This document shows positions 1 to 17,340 of a DNA stretch of 64,000 nt, one piece after another. Both the position numbers and the translations under genes were made by a program. Numbering within the stretch: the first letter of the stretch is position 1; every line of letters begins with the position of its first letter. Under the pieces are notes generated by a model. It saw nothing but the letters and a program-made list of their open reading frames with translations, ran no database searches and was not told the DNA's origin. This DNA is from Antechinus flavipes. Taxonomy: Eukaryota. The stretch is taken from positions 632,896,001 to 632,960,000 of the forward strand of contig NC_067400.1 in NCBI RefSeq assembly GCF_016432865.1. Reading direction: 5' to 3'.

Positions 1-149
1 GCCCAGGTGGGCCCACCTTGGTCTCGGGTCTGGCTCTGCGGGGTAACCTTGGGGAATCGTGGAGATAAGAACTCCCTTGGGGGCCAAGGGCCACCAGCAG
101 GATCTAGGAAGATGCCGAAGGTAGGAGTCAGGCAGCCGTGGGGGAGTCA

Positions 150-230
150 CACCCTCTCGGCCTCAGTTTCCCCATCTGTAAAATGACAGGGCTGGGTAGG
201 TAGACTCCAAGGACCCTCTAATTCTAGATG
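150..230 (+). mobile_element. MIR (CORE-SINE) fragment
   Basis: Core motif GGCCTCAGTTTCCCCATCTGTAAAATG followed by a degenerate MIR-like 3' segment. Confidence 0.7.
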
Positions 231-454
231 AATGCTCTCCCTCCCCGACCTCGCTCAACTAGAGGAGGGGGAGAAGAGGGGGACTCCTCCAACACCATCT
301 CCAGTCCCCCCCAGAGCAGCCCCTCTGCCGGCAGCCTCTCCTTCCCTGCCACAAGCAGTCTTTTCCAATTCCCTTCCGTGTCTCCCTTTCTCTCCCCCTC
401 CCCCCCCAAGTCCTCCAGTCCCACTCCAAGTCCAGTTGTGTCCCACTCTCCGTG

Positions 455-635
455 AGCCCATTTGGGATTTTCTTGGCAGCTACTGGAGCAGTTTGTCATT
501 TCCTTCTCCAGCTCATTTGACAGATGAAGAAACTGAGGCGCACGGGGATAAGAGACTTGCCTAAGGTCCTTGGGACACTAAGCTTCTGAGGCTGGATTTG
601 AACTCGGGGAGATGACTCCAAACCCCGAGTTGTGA
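455..635 (+). mobile_element. MAR1-like marsupial CORE-SINE, 5'-truncated
   Basis: GGATTTTCTTGGCAG..TACTGGAG..TTTGTCATTTCCTTCTCCAGCTCATTTGACAGATGAAGAAACTGAGGC..CTGAGGCTGGATTTGAACTC resembles the MAR1 consensus as recalled; element orientation is nominal. Confidence 0.75.
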
Positions 636-927
636 GCACTATGACGCCTCTAGCAGCCGGCTCACCCCCCTAAGCCTGAGGAGCAGTCGATGAGAAGCTA
701 TTGGCCCCGGGGAAGGCACACAAGGATAGGGCTTAAATAGCAGGCGACCCTGCTCAGCGGGGACCTCCGGCTTCGACTTCAAAGCTCTGACCACCTGGCA
801 GGGCATCTTACAGATGGGGAGACTGAGGCTGAGAGGCACAGGGCAGATCCAGACCTGGGATGAGACTCTGGGCGCCCAGGAGAGGAGGGCTGGGGCTATA
901 CAAGGAACTGATTTTGGGGGGTCCTCA

Positions 928-2438
<1,511 letters not shown>

Positions 2439-2953
2439 GCCCGCTCCCCCTGGTCCTCGCGGGCCTCGGGGAGTGGGGGTCGTTTCTGGGCCCGGGGCTC
2501 TGGGGGTGGCTGGGAACTACCGAGAGGAGGCGGTGGAGGGTTTGCTCCTCTCACGTTCAGAAGTTCGGCCCCCTCCCGTCACTTGGCACTTTGCCCAAAT
2601 GCTACCATGTTGCTATAGGGACGGGGGCGGGGCCCCAGATTCTGTGATATCACGGGAGTCGTTGCGCACGCGCAGAAAACGGGGTCGAGAACGCGAGGAG
2701 GCCGGAAAGCCTGGACTCGGGTACTCCCGAATGGGAATCATTGCGCATGCGTACCACGAAGAACCGGGTGAAGGTAGTAGGGAAGGATCGGCTTCAGGCA
2801 CAAGAGTGATGTGACGTTACGGAGAGGGAGGAGCTAGAGGGAGGGGGGCCTCGGGGTCCAAACGCAGGTGCTAGAGTGGCGCAGGCGCAGAGGTTTCGTC
2901 CGCCCTCTCCCAGAGTGCCCCGCGCGTGGTCACGTGAACGCTGGCGAGCGGCG
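2439..2953. promoter_or_regulatory. Bidirectional CpG-island promoter between GARIN5A and EMC10
   Basis: 515 bp between divergent ATGs and CpG-rich. NRF1-type TGCGCACGCGCA (2663-2674) and TGCGCATGCGTA (2742-2753), CRE-like TGACGTTA (2812-2819), E-box GTCACGTGA (2929-2937). Confidence 0.8.
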
Positions 2954-7034
<4,081 letters not shown>

Positions 7035-7051
7035 GGGTCGACCTGTCACTA

Positions 7052-7057
7052 AATAAA
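7052..7057 (+). terminator. EMC10 proximal polyadenylation signal AATAAA
   Basis: Canonical hexamer 17 nt after the TAA stop. Confidence 0.7.
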
Positions 7058-7911
7058 GTTCCCATTGGACCCTGCTCTTGTCTGCAGCTTTTGGGGCCCC
7101 AGCGGGGCCTGACGTGCCTTGGAGGCTTCAGTGAGCTCCACTGAGGGAGTCAGGCTGGAGGAGGCGGGAGGGTCCGGGACCCCAGTCATGTGAGGGCGGG
7201 GGCTGTCATGGACTAGATTGCCTGTAGTCAGAAGAAGGGGGATGAGGGGGCTTCTCCCTGGGCCGGGGGCGGCTGCTGTGGCAGAGACCCAAGGGCACCT
7301 GCAGGCAAGGGGAGCTTCAGTGCTCGCCAGCGTGGGCCTTGGGAAAGCGGGTGTAAAGCACCCACTGTGTGCAGAGCGCTGCCCTCAAGGACTGGTCGTC
7401 CGGGTCTTAAGGAGCCCCAATTTCTGGGGACGTAGGGGTGACAAGGACCCCCTTAGACAGAGCTGGGGCGCCTTAGCCTGCTTGGGCCAGATGACTGGGG
7501 GATTGGGTCCCCGAGGGTGGCGGGGACCCTCCTGGGCACCATCGGGGAGGGGGCCAGCGGTCAGCGAGCTCTCCGTGAGGCCCTTGGGCGGACAGAAAAC
7601 GGTTTCCACAACTTCTGTTGGCAGAGTTCAAAATGTAACGGGAGCATTTATTTATTCACTTGGTGACTTAGTGCGGGAATAAGGGAACTGGGGCAGTGGA
7701 AGCTTCATTGGGTTCAGAGTTGGTGCTCGCCGCCGCCCGCTGCCTGCAGATGCTCCCGCGGGGCCGCCCCGTCTGCACAAAGGAGCCGCTCTCCCTGAGC
7801 GAGTTCGGGCCCCACCCCGGGTAACTCCTCACCCGGGGCGGTGACGCCCCCCCAGCAGCCCGCGAGCCGGGAGGCCGAGAGACGCCGCAGACCGCGCGCG
7901 CGCCCGAGGAG

Positions 7912-8061
7912 CGCGCCGGGGGTTTGGGGAGGCCGGGAACGTGCCGGGGCTTTGGGGAAGTTGGGGAGGCCGGGAGCGCGCCGGGGCTTTGGGGAGGCCG
8001 GGAGCGCGCCGGGGCTTTGGGGAGGCCGGGAACGCGCCGGGGCTTTGGGGAGGCCGGGGGC
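7912..8061. repeat. ~28-bp G-rich minisatellite, ~5 units
   Basis: Unit GCGCGCCGGGGCTTTGGGGAGGCCGGGA inside a CpG-rich patch. Confidence 0.85.
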
Positions 8062-8795
8062 CGCGTGTCCGCACGGCTTTAGAACTCAGACATTCGGCGC
8101 CGGACAGAAGCAGGAGGGGCCCGCCGTGGGCCCGGCCACGTGAACAGAGAAAGCCTCGCCGGTGCTTCGGCTCCGGGCGGCGCGCGCCCCACCCCCTGCT
8201 TCTTGCTCCACTGGGTCCAGCCCAACGTGGGCGCTGAGGGGGAGGCCTAGCGAGCAGGAGGCGCTGGGCCGGCGGGGTCTGGGGGAGCTGGCGGCAGCTG
8301 TGGCGGGGATGCGTCATCCAAGTCTCTGCCCCAGCAAGGGGTCAGCCACGGACGTTCCCCCTGTGCAGGGTGGGGGCAGGGAAAGGGGCGTGAGGGGCGA
8401 GAATATTGGGCTTCTGGGGACAGTGTCAGCCTGCACCTTACAGGGCTTCCGGGGAGGGCTCCGCGCGGGGGGCTTCCCATCAAGGGCTTGTGGGTGTCTA
8501 AGGGGGGGCGCAGTTTCAGGTTTCACCAGGAGGTGGAGCTGGACGCCCGAAGTCCCCCTCAGGGATGGAAGCTGGTGCCCTGCTGGGTCAGTGTGGGGAG
8601 ACTGGGGGAGGGGCTTCCTGGCCCTGCAGTGGCCGGGGCTGTTAATGCTTATCCCGGCCCCACGCTCCTCGTCCGGAGCGCGCGCATCAGGCCGGGGCAG
8701 CGGCAGGCCCGCCAGAGAAGTCTCCGGCTCAGTCTGGGCCCGCGGCTGGTGGCCGGGGCTCCTAGTCCTAGGTCTCTCAGGTGGGCACTGTTACT

Positions 8796-9020
8796 GTCAG
8801 CCGCTCTCGGGCCGGCGCTCTCCTCGCCGTCAGCTGCTCTCCGGCCGGCGCTCTCCTCGGGTCAGCTGCTCTCGGGCGGGCGCTCTCCTCGCCGTCAGCC
8901 GCTCTCGGGCCAGTGCTCTCCTCGCCGTCAGCCGCTCTCGGGCGGGCGCTCTCCTCGTGGTCAGCTGCTCTCGGGCGGGCGCTCTCCTCGCGGTCAGCTG
9001 CTCTCCGGCGGGCGCTCTTT
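8796..9020. repeat. 33-bp minisatellite, ~7 units
   Basis: GTCAGC recurs at 8796, 8829, 8861, 8894, 8927, 8960 and 8993; unit GTCAGCYGCTCTCGGGCSGGCGCTCTCCTCGCC. Confidence 0.92.
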
Positions 9021-9920
9021 CCCAGGGGGTCCGAGGAGCAGGCCAGCCTGTTAAGGAAGGGGCGTTGGGGGCATCGGTGTCCTGGAGGCTGCTGCGGATC
9101 CCAGATGCTTTTTGTCCATCGGAAGAAGAAATGGCCTTTAGTTGGAGAATAGACAACTGGGGGGAGGGGGTTCTTTACCTACAAGGGGTTGGGGGGGAGG
9201 CCGTATGGAATGGCCTCTGAACAGGAAGGGATCCTGAGGTCCAGCCTTCCAGGCCATGCAGGAGCCTAGAGAAATGGGCAGCTCAGTTCCTATTTAGGTG
9301 GCCCAGACAGGTCCAGGGGAGAAGGCTGTGGGTCCTTGAAAAGCAAGGGAAGGGGAGTGGGGGGGGCACCAGGCAGCCCTTCCCCCCAGCAGGTACTTAG
9401 GAATCACCCTTGGTGAGGTTGGGGCTCTGGGGGGCGTCTTCCTTGTCCGCATCCTCACTGATTAGTGACTTCGGCCAGGATCCAAGGCAGGTGTCCCAGG
9501 GTGCAAAACAGGCAGAGAAGAGAGACAGAGAGAGGTCAGAAAGGGCCTTCTCCCCTCCTGGTCCAGCCAACCCTGCCAAGAGCCAGTCCCTGACTCAGCC
9601 CACCCTGGCCCCTGGGGGCAGCTGGAGGAGGCGAAGCCTTGACCTGCCCCCCAGCCTGACGTCCCCCATCCTGAGCCCCCTCCCAGCCCTGACGTCCCAT
9701 TCTGAAGGCCTCTAGCTTTGACATCCCCTGTCCTCCCAGCCCTGACACTGCTGTGCAGCCTCCTCCAGCTCTGGCGCTGAGTCTAGCCTCAGCTTGGTGA
9801 CTGTGGGCCAGTCCCTGCCTTTGTCTGACCCTCGGTCAAACCAAGGGAGTCCGGCTCGGTGGTCCCTTAAGGGCCCTTGTGTTGTGTGGTAGAAAGGGAG
9901 GAAGAGGAGAAAGGGAGAAG

Positions 9921-9993
9921 GAGGAGGAGGAGGAGGAGGAGGAGGAGGAGGAGGAGGAGGAGGAGGAGGAGGAGGAGGAGGAGGAGGAGGAGG
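9921..9993. repeat. (GAG)n trinucleotide microsatellite, ~24 units
   Basis: Uninterrupted GAG run. Confidence 0.97.
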
Positions 9994-12900
9994 CAGCTAG
10001 AGGCTCCCTGCTCTGCCCTGCCTTAAGGCTTCTGACTCGCATTCTCCAATGGCTGCCAAGGCATCTGGGCCCGGGTAGGAGGCCAAACTTCCAAAGTGGG
10101 AGCAGTTCCCTAAGTCATAGAGAGGGTCAGAGCCCGAGCTCGGACCCAAGTCTCCCAGCTCAGTGTGTTTCTCACCTGGTGAGCATAGGCTAAGAAGGGG
10201 GGAGGGGAAGAGGAGAGAGAAAAGGAGAAAAAGGAGAAAGAGGAAAAGAAAAAGAGGAGGAAGAGGAAGAGAAGAAAAAGGAGAAGAAAAGGAACAAGAA
10301 AAGGAAGAAGAGAAGAACAAGAAAAAAGAGGATGAGGAGGAGAAGAAAAAGGGGAGGAGGAAGAGAAGAAAAAAAAGAAAAAGAGGAGAGGAGGAGAAGG
10401 AAAAGAACAAAGTGGAGGAGAACAAGAAAAAGGAGGGAGAGAAGGTGGAGGAGAAAGGAGGAGGAGGAAGAGAAGGAAAGGAACAGAAGAAAAAGGAAGA
10501 GAGAACAAGAAAAAGGAGAAGAGAAGGAAAAGAACAAGGAGGAGGAGGAGGAGGAAGAGAAGGAAAAGGAGGAGGAGAAGAAAAAGGGGAGGAGGAGGAA
10601 AAGAAGAAAAAAGAAAAGGAGGAAGAGAAAAAAGAAGAAAAAGGAGGAAGAGAGGAGAACAAGAAAAAGGAGGAGAGGAGAAGAAAAAGAAGAAAGTGGA
10701 GAACAATAAAAAGGAGGAGAGAGAAGACAAAGAAGAAGGAGGAAGAGGAAGAGAAGAAAAAAGAAAGAGAAAAAGAAAAGCAGGAACAGAAAAGAATAAG
10801 AAAAAAGAGGGGAGAAAGAAGAAAAAGGAGAAAGAAAAGAACAAGGAGGAGGAAGAAAAAGGAAAAGGAGGAGGGGAGACAGAAGAAAAGGCTGAGGAGA
10901 AGAGAGGGAGGAGGAAGAGAAGAAAAAGGAGAAGAAGAAAAAGGAGGAGGGAAACAAGAAAAAGGAGGAGGAAGAAAAAGGAAGAGAGAGGAGAACAAGA
11001 AAAAGGAGAAGAGGAGGAGGAAGAGAAGAAAAAGGATGAGAAGGAAAAGGACAAGGAGGAGGAAGAGAAGGAGAAGGAGAGGGAAAAAATGAAGAGAGAC
11101 AGGCGGAGAACAAGAAAAAGGAGGAGGAGGGAAGACAGAAGAAGGGATGAAGAGGAAGAGAGACAGGAGGATGAGAAGAAAAAGGAGGAGGAAGAGAGGA
11201 GGAGAAAAACAAGAAAAAATGAGGAAGAAAAAAAGGAAGAGAGAGAGGAGAACAAGAAAAAAGAGGAGGAATGGCAGAAAAAGGATGAGGAGAAGGAAAA
11301 GAACAAGAAAAAGGAGGAGAGAGAAGGTGGAGGAAGAGAGATGGAGGAGAACAAAAAAAGGAGAGAGAGAAGGTGGAGGAGGAGGACAAGAAAAAGGAGG
11401 AGGAAGAGAGACAGGAGAAGGAAAAGAACAAGGCAGAGGAAGAGGGAAAAGGAGGAGAAGAAGAAAATGAGAAAGAGAGATGGAGAAGGAAGAGGAGGAG
11501 AAAAAAGAAGGAAGAGAGACAGAAGGAAAAGGAGGAGGAGAAGAAGAAAAAGGAGGAAGAGACAGATAAAGAGAGGAAGTGTAGAAGAAAACGGGGGACA
11601 AGGGAGAGAAGGAGAACAAGAAAAAGGAGGGGGGAGACAAAAGAAAGATGTGAGCAGGAGGAGAGAGACAGGAGGAAGAGAAGAAAAAGAAGAAGAAAAG
11701 GAGGAGGGAAACAAAAGGAGGAGGAAGAAAAGAAAAGGAAGAGAAGGGGAACAAAAAAAAGGAGAGGAAACGGAAGAGAAGAAAAAAGGATGAGTATGAC
11801 AAGAACAAGGAGGAGGAGAACAAGAAAAGAGAGGAGAGAGAAGGTGGAGGAAGAGGAGAAAGGAGGAAGAAGAGAGAAGGAGGAGGAGAGAGAGAAGGTG
11901 GAGGAGGAGAAAGGAGGAGAACAAGAAAAAGGAGGAGGAGGAAGAGAGGCAGGGGGAAAAAGAAAACAAGGAGGAAGGAAAAGGAGGAGGAGGAGAAAAT
12001 GAGAAAGAAAGATGGAGGAAGAGAGAGAAGGAGGGTAAACAGAAGAAAAGGAAAAGGAGGAGGAGAGGAAGAAAAAGGAAGAAGAAACAGAGAGTAGGAA
12101 GAGTAGAGGAAAAAAGGAGGAGAAGGAAAAGGACAAGGAAGAGAAGGAGAACAAGGTAAAAGAGGAGGAAAGACAGAAGGAAGGGGTGAGGAAGAGAAGT
12201 GACATGGAGGAGGAGAGAGCAGAGGAGGAAAAGAAAAGGAGGAAGAGAGAGAGGAGAACAAAAAGGAAGAGAGGAGGAGGAAGAAAATAAAAAGAATGAA
12301 AAGGAAAAGAACAAAAAAAAGGAGGAGAGAGAGAAGGTGGAGGAAGAGGGGAAAGGAGGAAGAAGAGATGGAGTAGAAAAACAAGAAAAAAGAGGAGAGA
12401 GGAAAGTGGAGGAAAAGGAGAAGGAGAAAAAGAAAAGGAGGAAGAGAGGAGAAGGAAAAGAACAAGGAGGAAGAAGAGAAGGAAAAGGAGAAGAAAATGA
12501 GGAAGAGACACAGGAAGAGGAGAAGAAAAAGGAGGAAGAGATAGAAAGGAGGAAGAGTAGAAGAAAAAGAAGAAGGAAAAGGACAAGGAAAAGAAAGAGA
12601 ACAAGAAAAAGGAGGAGGAGGAGAGAGACGGGGGAGGAAGAAAAGAATAAAGAGGAAGAAAAAGGAGAAGGAGAAGAAGAAAAAGAGGAAGAGAGGAGAA
12701 GGAAAAGAACAAGGAGGAAGAAGAGAAGGAAAAGGAGAAGAAAATGAGGAAGAGACACAGGAAGAGGAGAAGAAAAAGGAGGAAGAGATAGAAAGGAGGA
12801 AGAGTAGAAGAAAAAGAAGAAGGAAAAGGACAAGGAAAAGAAAGAGAACAAGAAAAAGGAGGAGGAGGAGAGAGACGGGGGAGGAAGAAAAGAATAAAGA

Positions 12901-15900
12901 GGAAGAAAAAGGAGAAGAGAAGAAAAAAGAAAAAAAGAGAGACAGAAGGAGGAGGAGGAGAAGAAAAAGGACAAAGAGAAAGATAAAAAGAGAAGGAAGA
13001 GTAGAAGAAGAAAAAGGACAAGGAAGAGAAGGAGAACAAGAAAGAGGAGGAGGAGGGGAGACAAAAGGGGTGAGGAAGAGAAGTCAGACAGAGGAGGAAG
13101 AGAATAAAAGGAGGAGGAAGAGAGGAGGAGGGAAACAAGAAAAAGAACGAAGAACGAAGACAACAAGAAAAAAGAGGAGGAGGAGGAAGAGAAGACAAAG
13201 AATGAGGAGAAGGAGAACAAGAAAAAGAAGGAGAAGAGAGAGAAGGTGGAGAAGGAGAAAGAGGAGAACAAGAAAAAAGGAGGAGGAAGAGAGACAGGAG
13301 AAGAAGGAAAAGAACGAGGAAGAAAAAGGAGAAGAAGAAAATAAAGTAGAGAGACAGAAGAAAGAGAAGAAGAAAAAGGACAAGAAAGAAAAGGAGAACA
13401 AGAAAAAGGAGAGGAGGAGAAGGAAGAGGAGGAGAAGGAAGAGATTGGGAAGAGGAGAAGAAAGGAGGAAGAGGAGAAAGGAAGAAGAGAGAGGAGAACA
13501 AGAAAAAGGAGTAGAGGAAGAGAAGAAAAGGATGAGAAGGAAAAGAACAAAGAGGAGGAGAACAAGAAAAAGGAGGAGAGACAAGGTGGAGGAAGAGGAG
13601 AAAGGAAGAAGAGAGAGGAGAAGAACAAGAAAAAGGAGGAGAGACAGAAGGTGGAGGAAGAGGAGAAAGGAAGAAAAAGAGATAGAGGAGGAGGAAGAGA
13701 GACAGGAGGAGAAGAAAAAGAACAAGGAGGAAAAGAGACAGGAGGAGGAGGAGAACAAGAAAAAGGAAGAGAAGGAGGGGGAGGAGAAGAAAAGGAAGAA
13801 AAAGAGACAGAAGAGAAGAAAAGGAGGAAGAGAGGAAAAGGAAAGGAGGAAGAGACACAAAAAGAGGAGGAAGAATAGAAGAAAAATGAGGAGGAGAATA
13901 AGAAAAAGGGGGAGAAGGAAAAAAGGAGGAGAGAGGAGGAGGAGGAAGAGAAGAAAAAGGGAGGAGAGAGAGTAGTTGGAGGAGAAGGAAAAAGAGAAGG
14001 AGGAAGAGAGGAAAAGGAAAAGGAAAAGAAGAAAAAGAAGGAAGAGAGATAGAGGAGGAAAAGAAGAAGAAAAAGAAGGAAAAGAACAAGGAAGAGAAGG
14101 AAAACAAGAAAAAGGAGAGAGAGAAGGAAGAGATTGGGAAGAGGAGAAGAAAGGAGGAAGAGAGAGATAGGGTGGAAGAGGAGGAAAAGAAAGAAATAAC
14201 AAGGAGAACAAGAAGAAGGAGAAAGAGGAGACAGGAGAACAAGAAAAAGGAGGAGAGAGCGAGCAGAAGTAGAAGAAGGAAAAGGAGGAAGAGACATAAA
14301 GAGAGGAGAAGAAAAAAGGACAAGAAACAGAAGGAAAACAAAAAGGAAGGAGACAGGAGGAGGAGCAAAGAGAAGAAGAAAAAGAAAGGGGAATAGAAGT
14401 AAAAGGAGGAGGAGAGACAGAAGGAGGGAGGAGGAGGAGGAAAAGGAGAGAGATGGGAAGAGAGGAGGAAAACAAGGAAAAGGAGGAGAGAAAAGAAGGA
14501 AAAGGATAAAAAGAAGAAAAAGGAGAGACAGAAAAGATGAAGGAGAAGGAAGAGACGGAGGAGAAGGAAAAGAAGAAGAAAAAGGAGGAAGAGAGAGATA
14601 AGAGAGGAGGAAGTGGGGAAGGAAAAGGACAAGAAGAAGAATAAGAAAAAGGAGGAGTAAGAAAAGGAGACAGGAGGAAGAGGAGGAGAAGGAAGAGGAA
14701 GAGCAGTAAAAGAATAACAAGAAAAAAGAGGAGGGGGAGGAAGAGAAGAAAAAAGGACAGGGAAAAGGAGAAGGAGGAGAGAGAGAGGAGAAAGAGAAGG
14801 AAAAGGAGGAAAAGGAAAAAGATAAGGAAAAGGAGGAGGAAGAGAAGAAAAAGGAAGAGAGAAACAAGGAGAAGAAGGAAGAAGAGAGACAGGAGGAGAA
14901 AAAAAGACAAGAAGGAGAAAAAGAAGAAGGAGAAAGACAAAGGGGAGGAGGAGAGAAGCAGGGATGAAGGGAGGTTAAGGTATTGGTATTATGTGAACTG
15001 GTGTCACCTCTGAAATATTTCTTAACGTTACTAATTCCTATTAAAAGAAAAAGAAGGAGAGAGGGAGAGGAAGGGGCAGAGACAGACACAGAGAATAAAG
15101 GAGGGAAATGAGAAGAGAGAAGCTTGATCGCCTAGGAGAGGCTCTCTGGAGGCTTGTCACAAGTGGAGAGAAGAGGAAAGAAGGGGGAGGAGAAAGGCCA
15201 GAAGGGGAGCATGGGAAGAAAAGGCTGGCACAGGAACAAGAGCCAGCTTCCTCCGACCTGTGCTGCTCTAGGTTTGCTCGAATCCCTCCTTGTTCCCCTT
15301 TGACATCCCCCTTTCCCAATTCGTTGAGGCATGTGGAGTCCCATTTCACAGCTGAGAAGACCAGGCCAGAGAAGCGGAGAAAGCTTCCAGTGTCACTGGC
15401 TGCTGATGTCCAGGACTCTGGACCCTGCTTCCCTCTGCCTTCCAAGGGAGCTGCCTTTCATCCCTTCCTCAGGCTTTTGGGAACTGGACAGGGCAGTCAA
15501 ACCTGCCAGTTAAACCCAAGGCAGGGCTCAAGGTAGCTCTGTGTCCACCCCAGGGGGAGCACAGAGCTCTGTGCACAGTAGGTTTGCGGTTGGATGTAGG
15601 TGAACAGCAGGAGGGGAGTTAAACAGTAAATACAGAAGAGAGGAGAAAAAAGGGAAGGATGAAAGAAAAAGGGGTGAGAGGGAAAGAAAAATAAGAGAAA
15701 AATAGAGAAGGATGGGTAGACAGTGAGGTGAGAAGGTCGTGAGGATAGAGAAGAATGAAGAGAAAGGAGAAGAGCTTGGGGATGGAGTGAGAAGTGGAAG
15801 ACTGAGCAAGAAAGAAAGAAGGCAATGCGAGGCAAGAGGTGGGTGAGAGACCAGAGAGAAAAGAAAAGCATGAAATGGGAGTTCTGAGGGGAAGAAGGGA

Positions 15901-17179
15901 AAAAAAGAGAGATAGAAGAAAGGAGGAGAAAAGAGAGGAGAAAATTAGGAGGGCGAAAGGAGAAGGAAGAAGAGGGACAAAGGAGACAAGGAGAAAATAG
16001 GGAAATGAAGGATGGGGAGAAGAGAAAAGAGTCAAATACAAGTGAGAGAAAAAGGAAAAGGAGAAGATTAAGAAGGAGGAGGAGAGGAAGAAAAAATGAG
16101 AAGAGAAGACCAAAAATAAGAAAGGGAGGGAGGAAGTGAGGAGAAAATAAAGTAGAGGAAGAATGGGATAAGAAAGCAAAAAGAGGGAGAAGGAAGAAAA
16201 GTCACTGATGTGGAGCTAAAAGGCACCTTAAATGTCACACAGTCTTAATTCCTTAATTTTATGGAGAAGGAAACTAAGAGAATAGGTCCCCTGAGGGGAA
16301 AAGAAGTGGAGAGAGTAAGAAAAGGGAAAAGGAGTAGAAAGGGTTGAGGAAAGGAAGAAGAAATTGAGAGGGAGAAGAAAAAAAAAGGCACAAAGGACAG
16401 AAGGAAAAGGGGAAAGTCAATGGCCAGGAGAGGGAGGAGTAAAAAGAGGAGAGGAAAAAAAGATGGAGGTAAGGAAGGAGACCTGAGAAAGGGAGGAAAA
16501 CAATGTTGAGAACTGAATGGAAGAAGATGCAGACAGTATGGTGGAGCATGAGCTGGGAGAAGGTAAGAGCAAGGAAGATTAAAATGAAGAGAAGCAAAAG
16601 ATAAAAATTGAGAGAAGGGAGAAAAGAAAGGTAAAGGAAGAAGAAAGTGAGAAGCAGAAAAAAACAGGAGTAACAGACAAAAGGATAGGAAGACAGAAGA
16701 GAAGGAAGAGAAAATTTGAAGAGGAAAGGTAGAAAAAAGAATAGGAAGAAAGGAGGAAAAGAAAATTAAGACAGAAAAAAGTGAGGAAAGGAGGAAAATA
16801 AGGATAAGTTAAGTGAGGAAGAGAAAAGAAGTGAGAAGAAAGGAAGAGAAAGAAAATGAAGAAAAGGATAAAGAAATGAGTGAGGCAGAAGGGAAAGAAA
16901 AGATAGAAAAAGTAAAAGGATGAAGACAAAGAACGGAGAGAGGAAAGAAAGTGAGAAATAAAAGAGAGAGGGGTAAGAGAAAAGGACCAAGACAGGGGAG
17001 AGGAAGAAGAAAGAAAGATTAGAAAAGGAAGATGAAAAAAAGAGGGTGAACAAAAGGAAAAGAGAGAAGAAGAAAGGGAGGAAGAAGACAGCGGGAAAAT
17101 ATTAGATAAAGAAAAAGAGAGAGGAAGAAGAAACTGAGTAGAAAATGAGAGGGGTAGAGAAAAGAAGGGGAGGCAGATC

Positions 17180-17340
17180 TCAACAGAGAAATGGTGAGCT
17201 ATAGGTGTGGAGAATGAGGCACGAGCAATGTACTGTTGGGATTTTGTTTTTAATTGGGAAATTTTATTCTGGAAAGGTTATTGAGAAAGTGACAGTGATG
17301 ATAAAAAAGAGAGAAGAGCACTGATACACATTTTAAAGAG
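17180..17340 (+). mobile_element. Degraded L1 3'UTR remnant embedded in purine tract
   Basis: ACAGAGAAATGGTGAGCTATAGGTGTGGAGAATGAGGCA..TTTTGTTTTTAATTGGG resembles marsupial L1 3' ends, like the copy near 57.1-57.3 kb. Confidence 0.4.

Noticed and set aside
9879-10193. Poly-Glu ORF from (GAG)n
   Set aside because: No ATG start in context, no splice signals and no homology; it is a microsatellite.
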